From: Rickettsiales bacterium
Lineage (GTDB): Bacteria > Pseudomonadota > Alphaproteobacteria > Rickettsiales > JABSSG01
DNA length: 64,000 nucleotides
Assembly: GCA_020049805.1 (NCBI GenBank)
Contig: JAGVLN010000029.1
Span: 6,407 to 70,406, forward strand
Reading direction: 5' to 3'
Both the position numbers and the translations under genes were made by a program. The notes beneath the pieces were generated by a model. The model was not told where the DNA came from. It made no database searches and was given only the letters and a program-made list of their open reading frames with translations. This document shows positions 1-9,460 of this stretch, piece by piece. Position 1 is the stretch's first letter. Each line of letters starts with the position of its first letter.

Positions 1-1200
1 AATAATTTTTTTTGCTCTATCTGTATATTGTTTTTGTAGGTTTTGATTATCAAATAAAGTTTTTATGATTTTAAGACACTCTTTATCATCTTGTACAAAA
101 AAAGCTGCTTGATTTTCTTCGAATTCTTTGCAAATTTCAGTAAAGTTAAAGTGATGAGGGCCAACAATAATTACTGAGCCAAATCTGGCTGGCTCAATTA
201 GGTTGTGGCCACCCACTGGTACGAAACTTCCCCCAATAATAGAAATAGGAGCTATACTGTAAAAATAATTTAACTCACCAATTGTATCAGCTAAATATAT
301 ATCAGTATTTTTAGTAATTTGTTCGTTTTCAGATCTGGTAGCGATACTTAATTTAAAATCATCTTTGAGTATTTGTTTAATTTTCTTTCCGCGAATAGGA
401 TGTCGTGGCACAAGTATAAGCAGTAAATGAGAGTCCTGCTTTTTTAATTGTTGGTAAATTTTAGCAACAATTTCTTCTTCACCAAGATGAGTGCTAGCAG
501 CAAGTAGAAGTGTTCGTCCTTTAAATAAAGCCTTTAATTTATTTAACATTTTATTATCAATAATTTGCTCATTACTACAATATTTTAAATTTCCTATATA
601 TACAGTATTCTTGGCTCCAAGAAGCTTGAGCCGTTTTTCATCATCTAAGCTCTGTGGTAAAAACAAACTAAAAGAATTAAGTATATGTTTTATAATATAG
701 GGATATTTTTGCCAAGTTTGGCAAGAAGTAGGAGAAATTCTTGTATTTACTGAAATTAATTTACTTTTTTTAGCAGTTTCGGTAAGGATACATGGCCAAA
801 ACTCTGAGTCTATAAATATTGCGAGGTTAGGTTTCCAATGTTTTAAAAATAAATTTACGCATATATAGCTATCTAGAGGTAGAAACTGATGGATGACATT
901 ATTTTTTAATCTGTCATTTATTAATTTAGCTGAAGTTACAGTTCCTGAAGTGAGTAGTATTTGATAAGAAGGTAACTTTATTTTAAGCTTATTAATTAAA
1001 GAAAAAATTGATAATACTTCGCCAACACTAGCGACATGTATCCATATGATCTTCTTATTTTTTGGGGATTGTATGCTAGCAATACCAAATCTTTCTTTTA
1101 GTCTGTGTAGCTGCTCCTTACCTTTGCTAACTCTATAAAGTAAATATAAGGCCCAAAAAGGTAATAACAAAGTATTTAATATGTTATAAAAAAATATCAT
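1..1200 (-). CDS. waaA: 3-deoxy-D-manno-octulosonic acid (Kdo) transferase; C-terminus cut by window edge
   Basis: Not in the ORF track because it runs off the window. Manual translation from the complement ATG at 1198-1200 gives MIFFYNILNTLLLPFWALYLLYRVSKGKEQLHRLKERFGIASIQSPKNKKIIWIHVASVGEVLS..ILLTSGTVTSA..HQFLPLD..DSEFWP. These are the signature blocks of KdtA/WaaA. The frame stays open to base 1. Confidence 0.85.
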   Translation of the reverse strand, partial: MIFFYNILNTLLLPFWALYLLYRVSKGKEQLHRLKERFGIASIQSPKNKKIIWIHVASVGEVLSIFSLINKLKIKLPSYQILLTSGTVTSAKLINDRLKNNVIHQFLPLDSYICVNLFLKHWKPNLAIFIDSEFWPCILTETAKKSKLISVNTRISPTSCQTWQKYPYIIKHILNSFSLFLPQSLDDEKRLKLLGAKNTVYIGNLKYCSNEQIIDNKMLNKLKALFKGRTLLLAASTHLGEEEIVAKIYQQLKKQDSHLLLILVPRHPIRGKKIKQILKDDFKLSIATRSENEQITKNTDIYLADTIGELNYFYSIAPISIIGGSFVPVGGHNLIEPARFGSVIIVGPHHFNFTEICKEFEENQAAFFVQDDKECLKIIKTLFDNQNLQKQYTDRAKKII

Positions 1201-1204
1201 TAAA

Positions 1205-1888
1205 TTATGTGTGTAATTTAGTAATTCGGTCAGCCTTATTAGTAATCAAATTTAAATTAGATGCAAGTAGATTGTTTAACTCGGTGATTTGGGTATCATT
1301 TAAATTTCTTTCTGTTTTAATTGGTGTGCCATAAGCAATAACAATTTTATTAAAGGGCGTTGGTAAAATAAATCTATCCCAACTGTTAAAAATAATACCT
1401 CTAGCACAAGAATAGGTTACAGGGACAATGTATTTTTTACACAAGCTACTAATTGCTATTACATTACTGTTAATTTGATTTTTTGGCCCCTTAGGCCCAT
1501 CAGGAGTTATAGCGATACTCTCTCCGAGGTTGATATGTTTTATAATAGTCTTTAGCGCGCTATAACTATTTTTATTAGATGATCCAGTAATTATATTGAA
1601 ATTAAATCTTTTCATTACTTGGGCAATAACTCGTCCGTCTCGATGAGTTGAAATCAATACGTTAATTTTTAATTTTGGAGGACGAGTAAAAGGCATTAAT
1701 GCTAGTCTATTGTGCCAGAATACATAAATTGCTGAATCATTAAGAAATTTTTTTTGCTCAAAATTTTCTTCGAAGATTATTTTTTTTGTACTGGTGTGGT
1801 ATACTAATTGCAAATATAGATATAAAATGAAACTAATACTATACTGTACCGCTTCTAAATTAAAAAAATATTTAAAAAAGCTTTTCAA
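1205..1888 (-). CDS. DUF374-family lysophospholipid acyltransferase-like protein
   Basis: The block STHRDGRVIAQVMKRF..GSSNKNSYSALKTII..ITPDGPKGP is typical of DUF374. It lies immediately upstream of waaA, as in many alphaproteobacteria. Confidence 0.75.
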   Translation of the reverse strand: MKSFFKYFFNLEAVQYSISFILYLYLQLVYHTSTKKIIFEENFEQKKFLNDSAIYVFWHNRLALMPFTRPPKLKINVLISTHRDGRVIAQVMKRFNFNIITGSSNKNSYSALKTIIKHINLGESIAITPDGPKGPKNQINSNVIAISSLCKKYIVPVTYSCARGIIFNSWDRFILPTPFNKIVIAYGTPIKTERNLNDTQITELNNLLASNLNLITNKADRITKLHT

Positions 1889-1959
1889 GTTAAAACCTAT
1901 TGCTAAAATAGACGAATATTAATTTACAAATTATACAATAATATATTATCTAAATCATT

Positions 1960-2475
1960 ATGTACTTTAATTTATTATCAATAAAGTTATTGCTGCCTTT
2001 AATTATCCTATTGGCAATTACCTTTATTTTATCAATTCCACATAATTTTTTATATTTTGGTAACTTCACACCGTTATATTATTTAATTGTTGTGTATTAC
2101 TGGTACTTATTATTTCCTGCAACTTTACCACTTATTACTTTGTTTATTTTTGGTATATTGCAAGATATAATGATGGGAACTCCTCTTGGTATTACTCCCA
2201 TAACTTTAGTAACATTTCAATTAGTAATCGATTATTATAAAAGATTCATATCTAAAAAATCTTTTAATATAATATGGCTTGGATTCGCTTTGAGTTCATT
2301 ATATACAATTTTGTTGCAGTTAATAATTTTATATATATTTTTATCATATTCACTATCGCAGCTGTTATTTTTATTACAACAATGGTACTTCACATGTTTA
2401 GTATATCCAATTATGCACTACATTTTTGATTTAATAGTTAAGAAATGTAATATGTCCCAAGTTTATAATGCGTAA
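1960..2475 (+). CDS. mreD: rod shape-determining protein MreD
   Basis: 171-aa multi-pass membrane protein overlapping the PBP2 gene start by 8 nt. This is the classical mreD-mrdA arrangement. Confidence 0.7.
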   Translation: MYFNLLSIKLLLPLIILLAITFILSIPHNFLYFGNFTPLYYLIVVYYWYLLFPATLPLITLFIFGILQDIMMGTPLGITPITLVTFQLVIDYYKRFISKKSFNIIWLGFALSSLYTILLQLIILYIFLSYSLSQLLFLLQQWYFTCLVYPIMHYIFDLIVKKCNMSQVYNA

Positions 2476-4258
2476 CGATAAAACATTAAAATCACAAGTT
2501 TTTTCACGGAGAGTATTTGTCTTATCACTACTGCAATGTGTAGTAATGTTCATTTTTGCTTGTAGAATGTTCTTCCTGCAAATTATAAAATCTAAAGAAT
2601 ATAAAACCTTATCTGATAAAAATAGTATTAACGTAATCTTTCTTGAACCTGAACGAGGCAAGATTATTGATAGAAATAATGTTCAATTAGCACTCAGTAC
2701 TAATAATTACAAATTAATTTTATATCGTGAAAAAAATACCAATATAGAAGTCTTATTAATTAAATTAACAGATATTTTTAAATGGAACGAACCAACCAAA
2801 AATATGGTAGCTAAAAAAATGCAAGCTGCAATATATCTACGACCAACAGCTATCGTGGATTATGTATCTTGGGATAATGTATGTAAATTTGAAGAAATTT
2901 CTTACGAACTTCCGGGTATATATATAGAAAAAGGTCTTATTAGGGATTACGTATTTAATGATTTATTTGCTCACGTTATTGGCTATATGGGTATGCCAAA
3001 TGCAACTGAAATTAAGAATTATAATTTATCGCATTATAAGGATTTTAAAATTGGTAAATCAGGAATAGAGAAAGGTTTTGAAAGGGAGTTAATGGGTGAA
3101 TTTGGTATGAAAAAGGTAGAAGTTGATGCCTATCGTGCTATAGTACGCGAGCTCTCAGAACAAAGTAGTAACCCAGGAAAAGATTTAAAATTAACTATTG
3201 ATTGTGAGTTACAAAAATTTGTAGGTGAAAAATTGAAAGATGAATGGGCTAGTGCGGTAGTTATGGATGTAAATAGCGGTAATGTTTTATCGATGGTTTC
3301 TACTCCAACTTTTGATCCGAATTTATTTTCCCGAGGAATTTCAGAAGAACAATGGAATAGTATTGTTAATCACCGATCATTACCGTTAACTAATAAAAGT
3401 ATTTCTAAATTATATCCCCCGGGTTCGACTTTTAAAGTTAATATAGCGCTTGCTATTCTTCATCATGGTATAGACCCTAATCATAAAGTTTTTTGTAATG
3501 GGGCGGTGCAAATTAATGGTCATACATTTAAATGTTGGAAAAAAGGAGGGCATGGTTCTGTGAACCTTCAGCAAGCAATAAAAGGGTCATGCAATTGTTA
3601 TTTTTATTTAATGGGGCTTCAAGCTGGTATCGATGATATTAATTATACAGCAGATTTATTAGGAATAGGTAAGCTAACAAATATTAATTTACCTAATGAA
3701 CTTGCAGGTATCAATCCAACTAAAAAATGGAAGAAAAAATTGTATGGTCAACAATGGTATGTTGGGGATACAGTAAATACATGTGTTGGGCAAGGTTATG
3801 TTCTCGCTACTCCATTACAGATAGTAACTATGATGGCAAGGATCGCGTCAGGTAATAATGTTTTTCCACAATTAGTGACTAATGTAGGGGGAAGAGAAAT
3901 AATACCAAATAAATTTGATAAGCTAAATATTAAACCAGAGCATTTAGAATTGATAAGGGCTGGTTTGGAAGATGCAAGTAATCAGCCAGGAGGTACGAGC
4001 TTTGCTAGTAGAATTATCGAACCGGAGTTTAGGATGGCAGGTAAAACAGGTACTGCTCAAGTAATTTCTAAGGACACAGCTGAAAATAGATCAGCTTTTG
4101 CTAAACATTTGCAAAGCCATTCCATTTTTACTGGTTTTGCCCCAGCATATGCCCCTAAATATGCTTGTGTAGTAATTGTAGATCATGGGGGATGGGGCGC
4201 AGTTAAGGCTGCACCAATAGCTGCAGATATATTAAAATATGCACAATTAAATTGCTAA
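2468..4258 (+). CDS. mrdA: penicillin-binding protein 2 (elongasome transpeptidase)
   Basis: N-terminal TM anchor, SxxK (GSTFKV), SxN (SCN) and KTG (GKTGTAQ) motifs; 596 aa. Confidence 0.92.
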   Translation: MRNDKTLKSQVFSRRVFVLSLLQCVVMFIFACRMFFLQIIKSKEYKTLSDKNSINVIFLEPERGKIIDRNNVQLALSTNNYKLILYREKNTNIEVLLIKLTDIFKWNEPTKNMVAKKMQAAIYLRPTAIVDYVSWDNVCKFEEISYELPGIYIEKGLIRDYVFNDLFAHVIGYMGMPNATEIKNYNLSHYKDFKIGKSGIEKGFERELMGEFGMKKVEVDAYRAIVRELSEQSSNPGKDLKLTIDCELQKFVGEKLKDEWASAVVMDVNSGNVLSMVSTPTFDPNLFSRGISEEQWNSIVNHRSLPLTNKSISKLYPPGSTFKVNIALAILHHGIDPNHKVFCNGAVQINGHTFKCWKKGGHGSVNLQQAIKGSCNCYFYLMGLQAGIDDINYTADLLGIGKLTNINLPNELAGINPTKKWKKKLYGQQWYVGDTVNTCVGQGYVLATPLQIVTMMARIASGNNVFPQLVTNVGGREIIPNKFDKLNIKPEHLELIRAGLEDASNQPGGTSFASRIIEPEFRMAGKTGTAQVISKDTAENRSAFAKHLQSHSIFTGFAPAYAPKYACVVIVDHGGWGAVKAAPIAADILKYAQLNC

Positions 4259-4336
4259 GATTTTATAAATTTACATTACTTAAACTCTCCAGTATATTAA
4301 GGTCATTATTTATAATAATCAATTTAGAGCAATAAT

Positions 4337-6625
4337 ATGACTAAAAGTTCAACTAATGATATTGATAAAATTACCAGCCAGGATGCGCTTGAATATCATA
4401 AGCAAGGCAGTCCTGGGAAAATCGCGATTTTACCAACTAAACCACTATTAACACAAAGAGATTTATCATTAGCTTATTCACCAGGAGTTGCTTATCCTTG
4501 CTTGAAAATTAATCAAGACCCTAATGCTGCGTATGATTATACCTCTAAGGGTAACCTAGTAGCAGTAATTTCAAATGGTACGGCGGTGCTTGGATTAGGA
4601 GACTTAGGACCACTCGCTTCTAAACCTGTTATGGAAGGAAAAGCAGTTCTATTTAAACGTTTTGCAGGTATAGATGCTATAGATTTAGAAGTAGACACTA
4701 AAGATACTGAAGAGTTTATTAATGCGATTAAATATTTAGGCCCAAGTTTCGGTGGTATTAATTTAGAAGATATCAAAGCTCCAGAATGTTTCGTTATTGA
4801 AAGTAAGCTTAAAGAATTAATGGATATACCAGTATTTCATGATGATCAACATGGTACAGCTATTATTACATTGGCAGCGTTGATTAATGCTGCATATTTA
4901 ACAGATAGGGAGCTCTCTAAAATAAAGGTAGTAGTAAATGGGGCAGGAGCAGCCTCTATTGCTTGTGTTGAATTAATTCAAGCAATGGGTGTAAAAAAAG
5001 AAAATGTAATTTTATGCGATACTAAAGGAGTGATTTATAAAAATCGTACTGAAGGGATGAATAAGTGGAAAGAAGAGCATGCAATTGATACTGAAAAAAG
5101 GACCCTAGCTGAGGCGTTAGAAGGCGCTGATGTATTCTTAGGATTGTCAGTAAAGGGAGCAGTAACTTCTAACATGGTAAAATCAATGGCTAAAAATCCA
5201 ATTATTTTTGCTATGGCTAATCCAGACCCTGAAATAACGCCTGAAGAAATATTAGAGGTACGTAAAGATGCCATTATTGCTACTGGGCGTTCAGATTATA
5301 ATAATCAAGTTAACAATGTTATGGGTTTTCCTTATATTTTTAGAGGTGCGCTTGATGTTAGAGCTTCTACTATAAATGACAAAATGAAAATTGCGGCAGC
5401 ACAGGCTATTGCTCAACTTGCTCGTGAACCTGTTCCAAATGAAGTATTAGCAGCTTATTCAGGTAAAAAATTATCATTTGGCCCAGAATATATTATTCCT
5501 GTACCATTTGACTCTCGTTTAATCACTACAGTTCCAATAGCTGTGGCTAAGGCAGCGATTGAATCTGGTGTAGCAAAAAAAGCAATTGCTGATTTTGCAT
5601 TATACAAACGTGAATTACAGTCGCGACTTAACCCAGCAGCCAATACTTTAAACTTAATTTTTGAAAAAGCTAAAGCTAATCAAAAAAGGATTATTTTTGC
5701 TGATGGCGAGGAAGAAGAAGTGATTAAGGCTGCAATGTCCATTCGTGATAATGAATTAGGCAAACCAATTCTTGTTGGCAGAAAGCAGAAAATTATAGAA
5801 ACTTTTGCAACTTTTGGTAGTGAAGAAACCTTAGATGGTATAGAAATTGCTAATGCAGCACTCTCTACTAAAGTAGATCAATATATAGAATTTCTATATA
5901 AGAAAAACCAACGTAATGGTTTATTACGTAGGGATTGTACTCGTTTAGTTAAAGGTGATCGAAATATTTTTTCAGCATGTATGTTAGCATGTGGAGATGG
6001 TGATGCTTTGCTAGCAGGGCATTCTCGTAATTATATGTCTACATTAGATGATATTTTAAAAGTAATTGATAGTAAGCCAAATTCAGAAGTATTTGGTTTA
6101 TCGGTAATGATTGCTGCTGGTAGAAGTATTTTTGTAGCTGATTCGACGGTTCATATTTCTCCGAGTGATGAGCAATTAGCTGCAATCGCGATACAGACTG
6201 CTGCTAAAGCAAGAGAGTTTGGCCATACGCCTAGAGTAGCTTTTTTATCTTTCTCCAATTTTGGAGGTCCTTCTTCAGGTTATGAGCGTACAGTAAATAT
6301 TAGAAAAGCTGTTGAAATTTTAGATAAAAATAAGACTGTTGATTTTGAGTATGATGGTGAAATGTCAGCTGATGTAGCGTTAAATGAACAAATGCGAGCG
6401 TTATATCCTTTTTGTCGTTTAAGTAAACCAGCAAATGTTTTGATTATGCCATCATTACATGCAGCAAATGTTTCATCCAAATTACTCCAAGAACTTGGAG
6501 GAGGGACATTTATTGGACCTATTATAGTTGGATTAAGTAAGCCTGTTCAAATAGTACATATGGAAGCTTCAGTATCCGAGTTAATAAATATGGCAGTAAT
6601 TGCTGCAGCTGAAGGTGGGTTATAG
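4337..6625 (+). CDS. maeB: NADP-dependent malic enzyme (long form with PTA-like C-terminal domain)
   Basis: 762 aa. Malic enzyme N-terminal and NAD-binding blocks (AYSPGVA, FHDDQHGTA, VVNGAGAA) plus a ~330-aa phosphotransacetylase-like tail. Confidence 0.95.
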   Translation: MTKSSTNDIDKITSQDALEYHKQGSPGKIAILPTKPLLTQRDLSLAYSPGVAYPCLKINQDPNAAYDYTSKGNLVAVISNGTAVLGLGDLGPLASKPVMEGKAVLFKRFAGIDAIDLEVDTKDTEEFINAIKYLGPSFGGINLEDIKAPECFVIESKLKELMDIPVFHDDQHGTAIITLAALINAAYLTDRELSKIKVVVNGAGAASIACVELIQAMGVKKENVILCDTKGVIYKNRTEGMNKWKEEHAIDTEKRTLAEALEGADVFLGLSVKGAVTSNMVKSMAKNPIIFAMANPDPEITPEEILEVRKDAIIATGRSDYNNQVNNVMGFPYIFRGALDVRASTINDKMKIAAAQAIAQLAREPVPNEVLAAYSGKKLSFGPEYIIPVPFDSRLITTVPIAVAKAAIESGVAKKAIADFALYKRELQSRLNPAANTLNLIFEKAKANQKRIIFADGEEEEVIKAAMSIRDNELGKPILVGRKQKIIETFATFGSEETLDGIEIANAALSTKVDQYIEFLYKKNQRNGLLRRDCTRLVKGDRNIFSACMLACGDGDALLAGHSRNYMSTLDDILKVIDSKPNSEVFGLSVMIAAGRSIFVADSTVHISPSDEQLAAIAIQTAAKAREFGHTPRVAFLSFSNFGGPSSGYERTVNIRKAVEILDKNKTVDFEYDGEMSADVALNEQMRALYPFCRLSKPANVLIMPSLHAANVSSKLLQELGGGTFIGPIIVGLSKPVQIVHMEASVSELINMAVIAAAEGGL

Positions 6626-6628
6626 CTA

Positions 6629-7375
6629 ATGGCAATGAAACCAGTTATCGGCATTACGTTAGATTATAATGAGCGAAAAGCAAATGCTGGCGGCTATTCT
6701 GATAAACCATGGTATGCTCTTAGGGTAAATTATGTAGAAGCAGTGAATTTAAATGGAGGTTTAGTCATTTTACTTCCATATATAGAGCAAGACATTGATT
6801 CTTATTTAGAAATATGTGATGGCTTGTTAATACCTGGGGGAGATTATGATATTAACCCTGAATATTATGGTGAAAAAGCCTGTAAACATACTAATTCTTC
6901 TTCTGGGATACGGGAAGATTTCGAAATAAAATTATTACGAAGAGCAATGGATTTAGAAATGCCTATATTAGGAATATGCGCAGGCGAGCAGTTGCTTAAT
7001 GTAATGGCTGGAGGCACTTTGATCCAGCATATTCCAGATGTAACAAAAAGCAAGATCACTCATAAACACCATGGTGACCAGGATTTGGACTGGCACGAAG
7101 TAAATATTATGGAAGGTAGTTTATTGAGTAAAATTGTAGGAGTGCCAAATTATAAAGTTAATAGCCATCACCATCAGGCTGTAGAGAAAGTAGGACAAAA
7201 TTTCGTGGTTAATGCTGTAGCGCTAGATGGCGTTATAGAGGGCATAGAGCATACTACATTACCTTTTTGTTTAGGAGTGGAATGGCATCCAGAGCACTGT
7301 AAAAATGAAGGCGATAGAAAAATAATAAAAGCCTTCATACAAGCAGCAGCAAAATTTCATTCATCACGTAAATAA
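6629..7375 (+). CDS. class-I glutamine amidotransferase / peptidase C26 (gamma-glutamyl-GABA hydrolase family)
   Basis: Nucleophile elbow GICAGEQ and the C-terminal GVEWHPE histidine block. Confidence 0.8.
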   Translation: MAMKPVIGITLDYNERKANAGGYSDKPWYALRVNYVEAVNLNGGLVILLPYIEQDIDSYLEICDGLLIPGGDYDINPEYYGEKACKHTNSSSGIREDFEIKLLRRAMDLEMPILGICAGEQLLNVMAGGTLIQHIPDVTKSKITHKHHGDQDLDWHEVNIMEGSLLSKIVGVPNYKVNSHHHQAVEKVGQNFVVNAVALDGVIEGIEHTTLPFCLGVEWHPEHCKNEGDRKIIKAFIQAAAKFHSSRK

Positions 7376-7387
7376 AGCAATAGTGAC

Positions 7388-8092
7388 ATGAGGCTTAATA
7401 AAAGGATTAGTAATGCTGGTTTTTGTTCACGGCGGAAAGCTGAAGAATATATTTTTGCTAGTAAAGTAAAAGTTAACGGAGTAGTAGTGGTTTCTCCGGC
7501 AACTGACGTAAATGAAAAGGACAAAATCACAATTGATGATCAGGAATTGTCATCTATTCCTAAAATAAGAATGTGGGCATATTATAAGCCAATAGGGTTA
7601 ATTACTTCTTATCGTGATGTATGGGGCAGATCCACAGTATTTGATAACTTGCCTTCAACTATGCCTAAAGTTATTTCAATAGGTAGACTAGACTTGAATT
7701 CTGAAGGATTATTACTTTTAACTAACAGTGGAAATCTTGCAAGATATTTTGAATTGCCAGCAAATAAAGTGAAGCGTTGTTATGAGGTGAGAGCATTTGG
7801 TAAGCCTGATATGCAAAAATTAGCTGCGCTTAGTCAAGGAGTAGTCATTAATGGTTTTAGATATGGGAATATCTCAGTAAAATTTTTACGAGGTAAAGGG
7901 ATGAATTCTTGGTTTGAAGTGACTATATATGAAGGTAAGAATCGGGAAATAAGAAAAGTTTTTGAATATTGTGGGTTAAAAGTAAATCGTTTAATTAGAG
8001 TTGCGTTCGGACCCTATGAGCTTGAAAATTTAAAAGCAGGAGAAGTTAGAGAAGTGTCTATAAATCCAAAGATCCTAAACCAATGCAAATAA
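7388..8092 (+). CDS. rRNA pseudouridine synthase, RsuA/RluB family
   Basis: N-terminal S4 domain (RLNKRISNAGFCSRRKAEEYI) and catalytic GRLDxxSEGLLL motif. Confidence 0.88.
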   Translation: MRLNKRISNAGFCSRRKAEEYIFASKVKVNGVVVVSPATDVNEKDKITIDDQELSSIPKIRMWAYYKPIGLITSYRDVWGRSTVFDNLPSTMPKVISIGRLDLNSEGLLLLTNSGNLARYFELPANKVKRCYEVRAFGKPDMQKLAALSQGVVINGFRYGNISVKFLRGKGMNSWFEVTIYEGKNREIRKVFEYCGLKVNRLIRVAFGPYELENLKAGEVREVSINPKILNQCK

Positions 8093-8658
8093 TCACTGGT
8101 AAATTTAAAGGCTATAAAATAGTCACTAGTAATAAATGTCATTACAGGCCTACTACCGGTCGTGTAAAGGAATCGATATTTAGTATTCTTTCTAGTGGTA
8201 CTTTCATTCAGAATGGAAAATCAATTCTAGAGGATGCGATAACTATGGACCTTTTTGCTGGCACAGGTGCTTTAAGCTTCGAAGCGATCTCACGTGGAGC
8301 TAAACATAGTGTTTTAATAGAAAAAGATCCCGGACATTTACAGATATTAAAATATAACATCGATAAATTGGGTATAAATGGTCAAGTTAATCTAGTTAAA
8401 GGTGATGCTACCAATTTACCAGTTGCAAAAATTAAATGTAATCTTATTTTTATTGATCCGCCTTTTAACATGCAATTGGTTAACCCTACTTTAGATAGCT
8501 TAGAAAAAAAGGGTTGGTTAATGAATGGTGCAATTATCGTTATTGAAACCCATTATAAGGATAAATATAGTCCTAACCATAACTTTATAGAATTAGATAG
8601 TAGAGACTATGGTCATATTATATTAAAAATTTATAAATTCTTACAGAACGATAATTAA
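8083..8658 (+). CDS. rsmD: 16S rRNA (guanine966-N2)-methyltransferase
   Basis: RPTTGRVKESIFSIL, DLFAGTGALSFEAISRG and DPPF motifs. Confidence 0.88.
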   Translation: MQIITGKFKGYKIVTSNKCHYRPTTGRVKESIFSILSSGTFIQNGKSILEDAITMDLFAGTGALSFEAISRGAKHSVLIEKDPGHLQILKYNIDKLGINGQVNLVKGDATNLPVAKIKCNLIFIDPPFNMQLVNPTLDSLEKKGWLMNGAIIVIETHYKDKYSPNHNFIELDSRDYGHIILKIYKFLQNDN

Positions 8659-8661
8659 AAT

Positions 8662-9303
8662 ATGAAAATTATAGCTTTTGAAACTGCCTTAAGAAATTGT
8701 TCAGTTGCTCTAGGTATTGATGGTAATCAAGTAGGTTACGCTCAAGCTAAGGAACTTTCCCAGCAAAGTGAAGAATTATTTAGTCTAAGCCAGAATGTAT
8801 TAGCTGATTTTAATTTTACTTTCCAAAATCTAGATGGAATTGCAGTGAATGTGGGTCCAGGTGGTTTCACAGGTGTCAGGATAGGGGTAGCGGCTGCTAA
8901 AGCCATGAAGCTTGTTCTTCCTAACCTTAAGCTAATTGGGATTACCAGTTTAGAGTTGCTTGCAAAAAAGGTTCAAAATGAATCTCGAACTATAATTACT
9001 GTCTTGCCTTCAGGCTTACAAGAATATTATGTGCAAGTCTTTACTCATGATTTATATCCCGTATCGGAAATATCATGCATTAATTTTTATCAGTTACAAC
9101 AATTGTATACTTTACACCCGAATTCGCTGGTTGTAACTAATGCGGAGTTATCTTGGGATGTGCCTTATCATCAATCTAATATTGATGCTAGTGTAGTATT
9201 AGCTAGAGTTTATGAAAAACTTAACATAGCTTCTAATGGTGATTACAATAATCTCAAACCTGTTTATGTTAAAAGTCCTAATATCACAATACCTCAAAGA
9301 TAA
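8662..9303 (+). CDS. tsaB: tRNA t6A37 biosynthesis protein TsaB
   Basis: ILAFETA..CSVAL N-terminus and GPGGFTGVRIGVA block of the YeaZ/TsaB family. Confidence 0.8.
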   Translation: MKIIAFETALRNCSVALGIDGNQVGYAQAKELSQQSEELFSLSQNVLADFNFTFQNLDGIAVNVGPGGFTGVRIGVAAAKAMKLVLPNLKLIGITSLELLAKKVQNESRTIITVLPSGLQEYYVQVFTHDLYPVSEISCINFYQLQQLYTLHPNSLVVTNAELSWDVPYHQSNIDASVVLARVYEKLNIASNGDYNNLKPVYVKSPNITIPQR

Positions 9304-9371
9304 TTGATAAATAAAAAATTTATTCTGGACATATTAAGTTATAGTGATTATAAATATTTAGGCATAAAACA

Positions 9372-9448
9372 GGGCCTGTAGTTCAGTTGGTTAGAACGCA
9401 CCGCTCATAACGGTGTTGTCGCAGGTTCAAGTCCTGCCGGGCCCACCA
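9372..9448 (+). tRNA. tRNA with CAU anticodon (elongator Met, or Ile2 if lysidinylated)
   Basis: Folded by hand into a cloverleaf. Acceptor gggcctg/cgggccc, anticodon stem caccg/cggtg with loop ctCATaa, T arm gcagg-ttcaagt-cctgc, encoded CCA. It lacks initiator features: there is no 3xGC anticodon stem and position 1:72 is paired. Confidence 0.9.
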
Positions 9449-9460
9449 TTTACGATTTTC

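Noticed and set aside
491-700. 69-aa + strand ORF from the track
   Set aside because: It lies antisense inside the clearly readable waaA frame and has low-complexity composition, so it is a shadow ORF.
2431-2661. 76-aa minus-strand ORF
   Set aside because: It is antisense to the mreD/mrdA junction and has no motifs.
4537-6480. Four short minus-strand ORFs (4537-4776, 5035-5274, 5455-5643, 6280-6480)
   Set aside because: All are antisense within maeB, whose frame is unambiguous. They are typical shadow ORFs of a relatively GC-richer gene.
6865-7059. 64-aa minus-strand ORF
   Set aside because: It is antisense inside the C26 amidotransferase gene.
9413-9460. N-terminal extension of the lptG ORF in the track
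   Set aside because: It would translate through the tRNA (9372-9448). The ATG at 9461 gives the canonical LptF/G N-terminus.
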